64,000 bases of DNA, taken from assembly GCA_964348395.1 (NCBI GenBank), contig CAYGCK010000002.1, positions 12,729-76,728 of the forward strand, in the 5' to 3' direction. The notes beneath the pieces were generated by a model, which was not told the origin of the DNA, searched no databases, and saw only the letters and a program-made list of their open reading frames with translations. Positions 47,339 to 55,960 of this stretch are shown in pieces (position 1 is the stretch's first letter; every line of letters begins with the position of its first letter). The translations under genes were made by a program, and so were the position numbers. Origin of the DNA: an uncultured Candidatus Saccharibacteria bacterium. Its GTDB lineage: Bacteria > Patescibacteriota > WWE3 > 9FT-COMBO-53-11.

Positions 47339-47412
47339 GCGGGTATAGTTGAGTGGCTCAATGCCACCTTCCCAAGGTGGAGACACGGGTTCAATTCCCG
47401 TTACCCGCTCCA
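47339..47412 (+). tRNA. tRNA-Gly (anticodon CCC)
   Basis: Acceptor GCGGGTA/TACCCGC; anticodon arm CCACC-TTCCCAA-GGTGG; T-loop TTCAATT; CCA encoded. Starts 1 nt after tRNA-Asp. Confidence 0.85.
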
Positions 47413-47435
47413 AATTATTTCCTGTTACTATTTCA

Positions 47436-49214
47436 TTGGTGGAAGGTATCAAATTCTCAAATATCTCGATCGCAAAAGCGCTTAGTGAGGTCGCAGCGGC
47501 CTACGAGGTTAAGGGGGAGAACCGCTTTAAGATTAGAGCCTATAATACCGCGGCAGATTCTGTGGAGCACGCGACGAGCGAGGTTAAAGATCTTTGGGAG
47601 GAGGGCAAGCTCGACGAGTTACCAGGGATAGGGGAGAGCATTTCCTCTCACCTCGACGAATACTTTCGCACCGGGCGGGTGAAGCATTTTGAGGAAGTTA
47701 AAGAGGATCTCCCGGCCGGTATGTTTGAGATTTTCGGTCTTGAGGGGGTGGGTCCGAAGCGCGCTTTCCGTTTGTCCGAGGAACTCGGGGTAAAAAGCGT
47801 GGAGGGCTTATACAAAGCGGCGCAGGAGGGTAAGATAGCAGACCTTGAGGGGTTTGGAGAAAAGAGTCAGGAGCAGATAGTTAAGGCTATAGAGCGAAAA
47901 AGCAGAGAGCAGATGAGAACCCCACTGCCCATAGCGTTTTCTTTGGCGGAACGTCTTCTTGAGAAGATTCTAAAATTCCCCAGAGTTTCCCGTGCGGACC
48001 CTTTGGGATCCTTGAGAAGGATGGTCGCAACCGTCGGCGACGTCGATATCGGCGTTGCCACGACAAAGCCTGAGGAGACAATCGAACGTTTCGTCAAACT
48101 TCCCGAGGTGGGGAGGGTTCTGGCCGCTGGAGGTGCTAAGGCTTCGGTACTTCTCAAGACCGGCCAACAAGTCGATGTAAGAGCTCACGACCCAGAAAGC
48201 TACGGAGCGCTCTTGCAGTATTTCACCGGCTCCAAACAGCACAATATCCACCTTAGAAAAATTGCCAACGCCAAAGGATACACGCTTTCCGAATACGGCA
48301 TCGCCAAGTTCGCCAAAGGTAAAAAAGTAGGTGAGCCGCTGCCGGTTGATAGCGAAGAAGAGTTTTACCGCTTACTTGGTATGCCTTGGATTGCGCCTGA
48401 GCTTCGCGAGGATCAGGGTGAAATAGAGGCGGCTCAACGACAAGCTCAGGGTAAACCCGACAGGTTGCCGGAGCTTGTTGAGCTTAAGGATATTAAAGGT
48501 GAGGTACACGTCCACACCGACAACTCCCCGGATGGTGAGATTCCTGCCGAGGAGCTCGTCAAAAGGGCCGTGGGTCTAGGGTACGAGTTTATCGGTATCG
48601 CCGACCACTCTCCGTCGGTCCACACCCGCGGAAGGGAAGGTGCAAGGCGTGAGATATTAAAACGAAAAAAAGAGGTTGAAAGGTTGCGAAAGAAATTCAA
48701 AAGAAGGATCGAAATTTTTTTCGGAGCGGAAACCAATATAGACGCCACGGGAAAAATGGCGCTCCCCAACGAGCTTCTAAAGCTACATGAGTTTATAGTT
48801 GCCTCGATTCATACCTCCTTCGATCAACCCCGGAGCGAGATTACGCAGCGGCTGGTCTCGGCGCTCAGGAACCCGTACGTCAATATGATCGGCCACCCAA
48901 CTGGAAGACTCTTGACCATGCGCGAAGCTTACGAGGCCGACTGGGATAGGGTTTTCAAAATTACCAAGGAGGAGGGTAAGATTATGGAGATAAACGCTTA
49001 TCCGCTTCGATTAGATTTGCCTGACAGGATAGTAAAAACGGCAAAGGATATGGGTATTCCAATTGTTATAAGTACGGACGCGCATAGGGTGGAACACCTG
49101 GAGAATTTGAGATTCGGAGTGTCTGTCGCAAGGCGGGGATGGTGTGAGAAAAAGGATATTTTGACAACCCGCGGCGCTTCGGAATTTGCTAAACTTTTTA
49201 GGATAAGGAGGTGA
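47436..49214 (+). CDS. DNA polymerase X family protein with C-terminal PHP 3'-5' exonuclease/phosphoesterase domain (PolX)
   Basis: TTG/GTG start at 47436/47439, after tRNA-Gly. PolX helix-hairpin-helix N-terminus IAKALSEVAAAYEVKGENRFKIRAYNTAADSV. PHP motifs VHVHTDNSPDG...HTSF...STDAH. The long ATG frame from 47349 overlaps the tRNA. Confidence 0.8.
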   Translation: MVEGIKFSNISIAKALSEVAAAYEVKGENRFKIRAYNTAADSVEHATSEVKDLWEEGKLDELPGIGESISSHLDEYFRTGRVKHFEEVKEDLPAGMFEIFGLEGVGPKRAFRLSEELGVKSVEGLYKAAQEGKIADLEGFGEKSQEQIVKAIERKSREQMRTPLPIAFSLAERLLEKILKFPRVSRADPLGSLRRMVATVGDVDIGVATTKPEETIERFVKLPEVGRVLAAGGAKASVLLKTGQQVDVRAHDPESYGALLQYFTGSKQHNIHLRKIANAKGYTLSEYGIAKFAKGKKVGEPLPVDSEEEFYRLLGMPWIAPELREDQGEIEAAQRQAQGKPDRLPELVELKDIKGEVHVHTDNSPDGEIPAEELVKRAVGLGYEFIGIADHSPSVHTRGREGARREILKRKKEVERLRKKFKRRIEIFFGAETNIDATGKMALPNELLKLHEFIVASIHTSFDQPRSEITQRLVSALRNPYVNMIGHPTGRLLTMREAYEADWDRVFKITKEEGKIMEINAYPLRLDLPDRIVKTAKDMGIPIVISTDAHRVEHLENLRFGVSVARRGWCEKKDILTTRGASEFAKLFRIRR

Positions 49215-49220
49215 TATTTT

Positions 49221-49772
49221 TTGAATTGGATTTATATTGTTTTGGGAATCGTTGGCGCGCTAGGGATTTTTCTTTTTTGGCTCTATAACACCCTTGTTCG
49301 TTCCCGTACTCGGGTTGAAGAAGCCTGGAGCCATATCGACGTCCAGCTAAAGCGACGTGCGGATCTCATACCAAATTTGGTCGAGACGGTCAAGGGATAC
49401 GCCAAACACGAGAAGGGGGTTTTTGAGAATGTTACCAAAGCCCGTTCCGCCATACTTTCGGCCAAGACCGTTAAAGAGTCGGAGGATGCGGATAACATGC
49501 TAACCGGTGCCCTCAAAACACTTTTCGCGGTGGCTGAGAATTATCCCGAACTTAAGGCCTCAGAGAATTTCAAGGAGCTTCAGGATGAGCTTTCCGATAC
49601 GGAAAACAAGATCGCCTACGCCCGACAGTTCTACAACGGTAACGTTCGCGACTTTAACATTCTGATTAAGAGTTTTCCGAACGTGCTTCTCTCATCCGCG
49701 CTGGGATTCAAACCGGCTGAGTTCTTCGAAGCCGAGGCCGGTGAGCGGGAAAAGCCGGAGGTGAAGTTTTAG
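49221..49772 (+). CDS. lemA: LemA family protein
   Basis: N-terminal TM plus [44 protein letters not shown]. Confidence 0.85.
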   Translation: MNWIYIVLGIVGALGIFLFWLYNTLVRSRTRVEEAWSHIDVQLKRRADLIPNLVETVKGYAKHEKGVFENVTKARSAILSAKTVKESEDADNMLTGALKTLFAVAENYPELKASENFKELQDELSDTENKIAYARQFYNGNVRDFNILIKSFPNVLLSSALGFKPAEFFEAEAGEREKPEVKF

Positions 49773-49805
49773 GGTATAGCGACTAGGGTTTAGGGTATAG
49801 GAATG
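49770..49805. repeat. intergenic spacer made entirely of heptanucleotide repeats (TAGGGTA-like x5) from the lemA stop to the htpX start
   Basis: tagggta tagcgac tagggtt tagggta taggaATG. Each unit starts with TAG, so a stop is present in all three frames. Confidence 0.75.
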
Positions 49806-50678
49806 ACGCTTTACTCGCAAATCGCCGCCAATCGCCGCAGGACGTTCTTCTTGTTCTTTTTTACATTTCTGATAATTGTCGCGTTAGGCTATATTTTTGG
49901 GATTTATTTTGAAGACCCTTACTTTGGGGCTCTGGCGGCTTTTGTCTTCACTATTTTCTATTCTCTCTTTTCTTATTATTTCTCCTCCAGCATAGTTCTG
50001 GCGATTTCCGGCGCCAGACCAATTGATAAAAAGGATAATCCTTATCTTTATCGAATGGTCGAAAATTTGTGTATCGGTGCGGGATTGCCCAGACCTAAGA
50101 TCTACATCATTGAGGAGCAAGCGATGAACGCTTTCGCCACCGGTAGAGGTCCCAAAAATTCCGCTGTAGCGGTGACTAGAGGGTTACTCGAGAATTTAGA
50201 GAATGAGGAACTCGAGGGTGTTTTAGCCCACGAGCTTTCCCACATTCAAAATTATGACATTCGGATAATGACGCTGGCGGCCGTTATGGCCGGGGCGGTA
50301 GTGATGTTGGCGGATGTATTTTTGCGAAGCACCAGGTTTGGGAGCTCGCGAAGCCGTCGAGGGGCAGGGGGGGTTCTTATTCTTGTGGGGTTTCTCTTGG
50401 CGCTTCTTTCGCCGATTTTCGCCCAGCTAATCAAGCTGGCGATCTCCCGTCAGCGGGAGTTTTTGGCCGACTCCTCTGGTGCTCTTTTGACCCGCTATCC
50501 TGAAGGATTGGCTCGGGCGCTCGAGAAGATATCGGCCGATAAGACGCCTCTCAAGCACGTTTCGGAGGCGACGGCCCATCTTTATATCAAAAACCCATTA
50601 GGTAGGGGTTTTTGGTCAGGGCTTTTTGCCACCCATCCTCCGGTTGGGGAGAGAATAAGACGGCTTCGTGCGGTGTGA
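49803..50678 (+). CDS. htpX: M48-family zinc metalloprotease HtpX homologue
   Basis: Two N-terminal TM helices. HELSHIQNYD (HExxH) and the downstream E of the M48 motif. The LemA-HtpX pair is a common operon. Confidence 0.85.
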   Translation: MTLYSQIAANRRRTFFLFFFTFLIIVALGYIFGIYFEDPYFGALAAFVFTIFYSLFSYYFSSSIVLAISGARPIDKKDNPYLYRMVENLCIGAGLPRPKIYIIEEQAMNAFATGRGPKNSAVAVTRGLLENLENEELEGVLAHELSHIQNYDIRIMTLAAVMAGAVVMLADVFLRSTRFGSSRSRRGAGGVLILVGFLLALLSPIFAQLIKLAISRQREFLADSSGALLTRYPEGLARALEKISADKTPLKHVSEATAHLYIKNPLGRGFWSGLFATHPPVGERIRRLRAV

Positions 50679-50709
50679 CGGACCCTATGAGTTATGATAG
50701 TTTAAGAAG

Positions 50710-51003
50710 ATGCCGAAGTCTCCCAAACTCGATGTCAATTACGTTGCCCATCTTGCGCGTTTGCACCTAACACCTTCCGAAAAGAAGAGGTTCTCAAAGC
50801 AGCTCGAGGATGTTTTAGCTCACATAGAGCAGCTCTCCAAACTCGATTTATCCAAAGTTCCCCCGACCTTCCAGACCACCGGAGCAGGTGACGTGTTTCG
50901 CGACGACGAGGTTGACAAGAGGCGGACCCTGACGTCCCGTGCGGCTCTTTCTAACGCGGCGGCAAAGAAGGGTTCGTTTTTCCGTATTCCAAAAATCCTA
51001 TGA
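50710..51003 (+). CDS. gatC: Asp-tRNA(Asn)/Glu-tRNA(Gln) amidotransferase subunit C
   Basis: VNYVAHLARLHLTPSEKKRFSKQLEDVLAHIEQLSKLDLSKVPPT. Confidence 0.85.
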   Translation: MPKSPKLDVNYVAHLARLHLTPSEKKRFSKQLEDVLAHIEQLSKLDLSKVPPTFQTTGAGDVFRDDEVDKRRTLTSRAALSNAAAKKGSFFRIPKIL

Positions 51004-52406
51004 GCGATATCTTGAATCTCACTCTTAAAGAGCTTTCATCCGGGGTAAGAGAGGGACGATTTAGTGCTAGTGAAGTTTTGGAGGAGTTTGCTCGTGAGAT
51101 CGAAAGGAAGGAAAGCAAACTCCACGCTTTCATAAGTATTTTTCTTGAGGAGGCAAAGAAGCGCACAAGGGAAACGAAACGTGGGGGTCGGGGAAAGCTC
51201 TTGGGCGTACCACTCGCCGTAAAGGATAATATCGTAACCCGCGGACTCCGCACGACGGCGGGTTCAAAGATTATAGAAAATTTTATCCCTCAGTACGACG
51301 CAACCGTGGTCTCTAAGCTGCTGGGTGAGGGTGCGATTATTTTGGGTAAAACCAACATGGACGAGTTCGCTATGGGCTCCTCCACCGAAAACTCTGCCTT
51401 TGGGCCGACAAGAAATCCTTACGACCCCAAGCGTGTTCCTGGCGGCTCCTCTGGAGGGTCTGCAGCGGCCGTAGCTTCCCGTATGGTGCCCGCCGCGTTG
51501 GGTACTGATACTGGTGGATCTATCAAGCAGCCGGCGGCGTTTTGTGGGGTAGTGGGGCTGCGACCCACCTACGGGGCGGTGTCGCGTTATGGCGTTATTG
51601 CTTTGACCTCTTCTCTTGACCAGGTGGGGCCTTTGGCTCGCACCGTGGAGGATGTACGCTATCTTTTTTCGGTTATAAGAGGTAGGGATCTTTATGACGC
51701 TACTTCCTGGGAAAACCCAAACCCGACCGAGGGGGTCGAGATTAAAAACCTCCGGGTCGGGCTGCCTAAGGAGTATTTTACGAGCGGCGTTGAAAAGGGG
51801 ATTACCGACCGTATTGGGCAAGTAGCGAAATTTCTTGAAGGCCAGGGCGTTAAGGTTGAGGAAGTTTCTCTTCCGCATACCGAGTATGGAATAGCGGTTT
51901 ACTATATCATCACACCTTCTGAAGTGTCGACGAATTTATCGCGGTTTGACGGCATTCGGTTTGGGTTGCAGGTTCGGCAGAAAGATGTTATTTCTTTGGT
52001 TTCAAAATCCCGAGGGACTGGATTTGGGGAGGAGCCCAAAAGGAGAATTATTCTGGGTACCTTTGCCCTTTCCTCGGGTTACGCCGATAAGTACTACCTT
52101 CGCGCGGCCCGCGCCAGAACGTTAGTGGCGCGCGATTTTGAGCAGGTTTTTAAGAAGGTGGACGCCCTTTTGACACCTACCGCCCCAACAACCGCCTTTA
52201 AAATTGGGGAAAAGAAGGATCCCCTCTCGATGTATATGTCTGATATCTTCACCATTCCGGCGAACTTGGCTGGTTTGCCGGGCTTGTCTGTACCGGTGGG
52301 GGACGTCGGGGGGCTACCGGTTGGTGCGCAGCTTCTGGGACCGAAGTTTTCAGAAAACACGTTGTTTTCTCTCGGCGAGATTGTGGAGGGCGGAACATGG
52401 TCTTAG
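51000..52406 (+). CDS. gatA: Glu-tRNA(Gln)/Asp-tRNA(Asn) amidotransferase subunit A (amidase)
   Basis: Amidase signature GGSSGGSAAAVASRMVPAALGTDTGGSIKQPAAFCG. Confidence 0.9.
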   Translation: MSDILNLTLKELSSGVREGRFSASEVLEEFAREIERKESKLHAFISIFLEEAKKRTRETKRGGRGKLLGVPLAVKDNIVTRGLRTTAGSKIIENFIPQYDATVVSKLLGEGAIILGKTNMDEFAMGSSTENSAFGPTRNPYDPKRVPGGSSGGSAAAVASRMVPAALGTDTGGSIKQPAAFCGVVGLRPTYGAVSRYGVIALTSSLDQVGPLARTVEDVRYLFSVIRGRDLYDATSWENPNPTEGVEIKNLRVGLPKEYFTSGVEKGITDRIGQVAKFLEGQGVKVEEVSLPHTEYGIAVYYIITPSEVSTNLSRFDGIRFGLQVRQKDVISLVSKSRGTGFGEEPKRRIILGTFALSSGYADKYYLRAARARTLVARDFEQVFKKVDALLTPTAPTTAFKIGEKKDPLSMYMSDIFTIPANLAGLPGLSVPVGDVGGLPVGAQLLGPKFSENTLFSLGEIVEGGTWS

Positions 52407-52798
52407 ACTTTCTTTTCGGGAGAAAAGAAAAGAAGGTAGTAAGGACGACCGTGGGGGTGCTCAAGCCCTACGATAGGGATTATATAAAGGGGGAATGGAC
52501 CAGGGTCGAGGAGTTGGTTTCGACCGCCCGTCCTAGCGCTTTTAAGGAAGCGGTTATCTTGGCAGATAAACTTTTAGATTACGCGCTTGCACAAATTTCC
52601 TCGGGCGAGACCATGGGGGAGAGGTTAAAAAACGCCGCACCCGCTTTTTCTCGGGATATTTACCAAGGACTTTGGGACGCCCATAAGGCGCGAAACGCTC
52701 TGGTTCATGAGGCGCAATTTGATTTAACGACCGCTCTGGCAAAGGATGTTCTGGCTAAATTTAAGAAAGGCTTTATGGAGCTGGGGGTCAGAATATGA
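52397..52798 (+). CDS. hypothetical 133-aa protein inserted between gatA and gatB; C-terminal Rx4HE motif (HEPN-like?)
   Basis: GGAGGG RBS 7 nt upstream; overlaps the gatA stop and the gatB start (ATGA). Helical C-terminal half contains KARNALVHEAQF (R-x4-H-E). No confident family assignment. Confidence 0.55.
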   Translation: MVLDFLFGRKEKKVVRTTVGVLKPYDRDYIKGEWTRVEELVSTARPSAFKEAVILADKLLDYALAQISSGETMGERLKNAAPAFSRDIYQGLWDAHKARNALVHEAQFDLTTALAKDVLAKFKKGFMELGVRI

Positions 52799-54135
52799 GA
52801 AAACCGGAAACTGGAAACCGGAAACTGGAAACTGATTACCGACCCGTCATCGGACTGGAGGTCCACGTGCAGGCTAAGACCCGCTCGAAGATGTTTTGCG
52901 GGTGTCCTGCCGATACTTTTGGAAAAAAGCCCAACTCGGTCGTGTGTCCCGTTTGTCTGGGTTTGCCGGGGGCGATACCCGTTCCCAACAGGGCGGCTAT
53001 TGAGAAGACAATTGCTCTGGCCAAAGCTTTGGGGTGTCGGATAACCAAGTTCTCTCAATTCGAGCGCAAAAACTACTTTTATCCTGATTTGCCCAAGGGG
53101 TTTCAGATCAGCCAGTACGAACACCCTATCGGGGTTGAGGGTAAACTTCTAGGATTTGCGGTGAGCCGCGTCCATTTAGAGGAAGACACCGGCAAGCTTC
53201 TTCACGAGGGCGGGCAAACGTTTATTGACTTCAACCGTTCCGGCGTTCCGCTGGTTGAAATAGTGACCGAACCCGAATTCGAAGATCCGGCCCGGGTGTC
53301 CGAGTTTCTAAAGGAACTTCGACTTCTGGTCGTAAACGCCGACATCTCTGACGCCGATATGGAAAAAGGTTCTATGCGGCTTGAGGCCAACGTTTCGCTA
53401 AAGAAATCGGGGTCGAAAAAACTACCGGGCTACAAGGTCGAGCTCAAAAATATCAATTCCTTTGCTTTCCTTAAGAAAGCTCTCGAGGTTGAAATAGAAC
53501 GACAAGGTAAGCTTCTAAAAAGCGGGAAACAACCTCACCAGGAAACCCGCGGGTTTGACCCCAAGCGCGGAGTGACGGTAGCGCAGCGCACTAAAGAGGA
53601 GGCGTTTGACTACCGGTATTTCCCCGAACCGGACATCCCGCCGTTGGAGAAAATCTTAGTTCAAAAAGTTACGCGGACAAAGACAATTACTGCAGATGCC
53701 ATACTTGTGGAATCGCCAGAAAAGATTCGCGAGAAGTATCGCTCTCAAGGCCTCTCGGCTCAATACACCGAGGTCTTAGTTGGAAATCCTAAGTTGGCGA
53801 GGATTTTTGAGGAGGTGAGTGCCAAAATTCCGGCGGATGAGGCGGCAAACATCATAGTAAACAGGCGGTTTGGTGATCCTCTTCGACTCGGCGTCAAAAA
53901 ACTCATAGCGGCTTATGAGAAGGAGAGGAAAAAAGAAGTTTTATCCGGGGATAAACTTTTACCCACCGCCAAACGCGTAGTCGCCGACAACCCGCGTGCG
54001 GTTTCCGACTACAGACAAGGGAAAACCGCCGCTTTAAAGTTTCTTTTGGGACAGCTTATGAGGGAAACCGACGGTAAAATGGATCCTAAGGTGGGAGAGT
54101 TGATACTCAAGAAACTTTGCGATGCCAGAACTTAA
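52795..54135 (+). CDS. gatB: Asp-tRNA(Asn)/Glu-tRNA(Gln) amidotransferase subunit B
   Basis: YRPVIGLEVHVQ...MFCGC N-terminal core; GatB/YqeY C-terminal domain. There is a 13-aa N-terminal extension encoded by heptad repeats. Confidence 0.9.
   Translation: MRKPETGNRKLETDYRPVIGLEVHVQAKTRSKMFCGCPADTFGKKPNSVVCPVCLGLPGAIPVPNRAAIEKTIALAKALGCRITKFSQFERKNYFYPDLPKGFQISQYEHPIGVEGKLLGFAVSRVHLEEDTGKLLHEGGQTFIDFNRSGVPLVEIVTEPEFEDPARVSEFLKELRLLVVNADISDADMEKGSMRLEANVSLKKSGSKKLPGYKVELKNINSFAFLKKALEVEIERQGKLLKSGKQPHQETRGFDPKRGVTVAQRTKEEAFDYRYFPEPDIPPLEKILVQKVTRTKTITADAILVESPEKIREKYRSQGLSAQYTEVLVGNPKLARIFEEVSAKIPADEAANIIVNRRFGDPLRLGVKKLIAAYEKERKKEVLSGDKLLPTAKRVVADNPRAVSDYRQGKTAALKFLLGQLMRETDGKMDPKVGELILKKLCDART
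52801..52835. repeat. heptanucleotide tandem repeat (AAACCGG/AAACTGG)x5 in the gatB 5' coding leader
   Basis: aaaccgg aaactgg aaaccgg aaactgg aaactga immediately after the ATG, encoding KPETGNRKLETD. Confidence 0.8.
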
Positions 54136-55912
54136 ACTCCTTGAGGAGAAAACTAGCTACGAGCTAATAGAAAGCCGGGACAGGATGGGAGAGGTTGTTA
54201 CCGAGCTGAAAAAAATCCCCACCTTGGCTGTGGATTTGGAGGGAACGAGTCTAGACCCTCATAAAGCAAATCTCCTGCTTTTCCAGGTAGCTACTCCAGG
54301 GAAAGCTTATATTTTTGACGCGCGAAGGGTCGATCTGACACCTTTGGCCGATATCCTATCTAGTAAAAAAATATTGAAAATAGCTCAAAACGCAAAGTTC
54401 GATTACGGTATGCTTATGGCTCAAACCGGTATGGAGCTTGCAAACATATTCGATACGTTTTTGGCGGAACGAGTTCTTACTACTGGGATCTCCAGGGAAA
54501 ACTCACTTGAAGCTATTGCGCAAAAGTATCTGGGGGTGCAGCTTGAAAAACAGGTTCGCGAAACCTTTATGAAACACACACGAGAGTTTTCCAAGAAACA
54601 ACTGGAGTACGCGGCGGCTGACGTTTTGGTTCTCTTTCCAATTTATGAGGTACAGAAGAAATCACTTAAGAAAGAAGGACTCGAGGATATTGCTAAGGTC
54701 GAGTTCGATCTGGTCCCTACGGTTGCTGAGATGGAGCTTAGAGGCTTTATGGTTGACGTTAAAAAATGGCGAGAGGTGATCGAAGATTACAAGAAAAAAG
54801 CCGTGGAGATTGATCAAAAGATACAAAATGACTTGAGACCGCACTTTGCGCATAGTCAGAAGGATCTCTTTGGAAACCACGCGGACGTCGTCAACCTAAA
54901 CTCGCCCGCCCAAATCCTCAACGCTTTTCGGAAGGTGGGGCTCGACCTTCCTTCAACGGGGGAAGGGATACTTTCCCAGTACGACCATCCTTTGGCGAAG
55001 CTACTTCTTGAATACCGCAAATACGAGAAAATCATAACCGCGTTTGGGGAGAATTTGCTCTCCAAAATCGATAAAAAAACCGGGCGGGTACACCCCGATT
55101 ACATGCAAATTGGGGCGGATACTGGGAGGTTTGCCTGCTCTAACCCAAACCTTCAGCAGATTCCTGCCGACTCGCTTTTTCGCGGTTGTTTCATCGCGCC
55201 TAAGGGCTATAAACTCGTCGTCGCGGACTACTCCCAAATTGAGCTTCGCATTCTAGCCGAGTTGTCGCGCGATTCGGTTTTCGTTGAGGCTTTTAAGAAG
55301 GATCAGGACCTTCATACCCTAACCGCCTCGCAAATGTTTGGAGTTCCGATTGAAAAAGTCGATAAGGGAAAGAGATTTCAGGCCAAATCGATAAACTTCG
55401 GTTTGATGTACGGACGAGGCGCGCACTCGTTAGCCGTACAGCTTGGGGTTTCGGATGATGAAGCGAGGAAACTCCTAGATCGCTACTTTAAAAAATACAG
55501 TAGAGTTAGGAGCTGGCTTGACAGGGTAGCAAAAGAGGCGGTTCGTCTGGGGTATAGCAAAACCATAGGCGGTCGCAAGAGATACTATCAGCGGATTAAC
55601 CCAGGGGATCCCGGATATGAAAGACAGGTTGCTTATATTGAACGGCAAGGCAAGAACACGCCGATTCAAGGGACGTCGGCCGATATGACCAAGGTGGCCT
55701 TGGTTTACGTACGCGATAGAATAAAAAAGGAAGGTTTGGATTCCACACCTATACATACCGTGCACGACGAGATTGTAGTTGAGGCAAAAGAAGGACAGGC
55801 AAAGAAAACTGCTAAGATTTTATCTGAGGAGATGATGCGAGCAGGGAAGAAATTCTTAAAAGTAGTTCCGGTAAAGGTAGACGTGGTTGTTTCTGATATT
55901 TGGGAGCATTAG
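54122..55912 (+). CDS. polA: DNA polymerase I-like (family A) with 3'-5' exonuclease domain, no 5'-3' nuclease domain
   Basis: 596 aa. Exo motif LAVDLEG / YAAADV. Pol motifs A-C (…RFQAKSINFGLMYG…, VHDEIVVE). Confidence 0.8.
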   Translation: MPELKLLEEKTSYELIESRDRMGEVVTELKKIPTLAVDLEGTSLDPHKANLLLFQVATPGKAYIFDARRVDLTPLADILSSKKILKIAQNAKFDYGMLMAQTGMELANIFDTFLAERVLTTGISRENSLEAIAQKYLGVQLEKQVRETFMKHTREFSKKQLEYAAADVLVLFPIYEVQKKSLKKEGLEDIAKVEFDLVPTVAEMELRGFMVDVKKWREVIEDYKKKAVEIDQKIQNDLRPHFAHSQKDLFGNHADVVNLNSPAQILNAFRKVGLDLPSTGEGILSQYDHPLAKLLLEYRKYEKIITAFGENLLSKIDKKTGRVHPDYMQIGADTGRFACSNPNLQQIPADSLFRGCFIAPKGYKLVVADYSQIELRILAELSRDSVFVEAFKKDQDLHTLTASQMFGVPIEKVDKGKRFQAKSINFGLMYGRGAHSLAVQLGVSDDEARKLLDRYFKKYSRVRSWLDRVAKEAVRLGYSKTIGGRKRYYQRINPGDPGYERQVAYIERQGKNTPIQGTSADMTKVALVYVRDRIKKEGLDSTPIHTVHDEIVVEAKEGQAKKTAKILSEEMMRAGKKFLKVVPVKVDVVVSDIWEH

Positions 55913-55960
55913 CAGAGGAGCTTTGACTTTGCTAAGGTGTTCAACTAAAATTCTAAAGGA

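Noticed and set aside
47349-47435. ATG-initiated PolX ORF start at 47349
   Set aside because: It would overlap tRNA-Gly (47339-47412). A TTG/GTG start at 47436/47439, just after the tRNA, is preferred.
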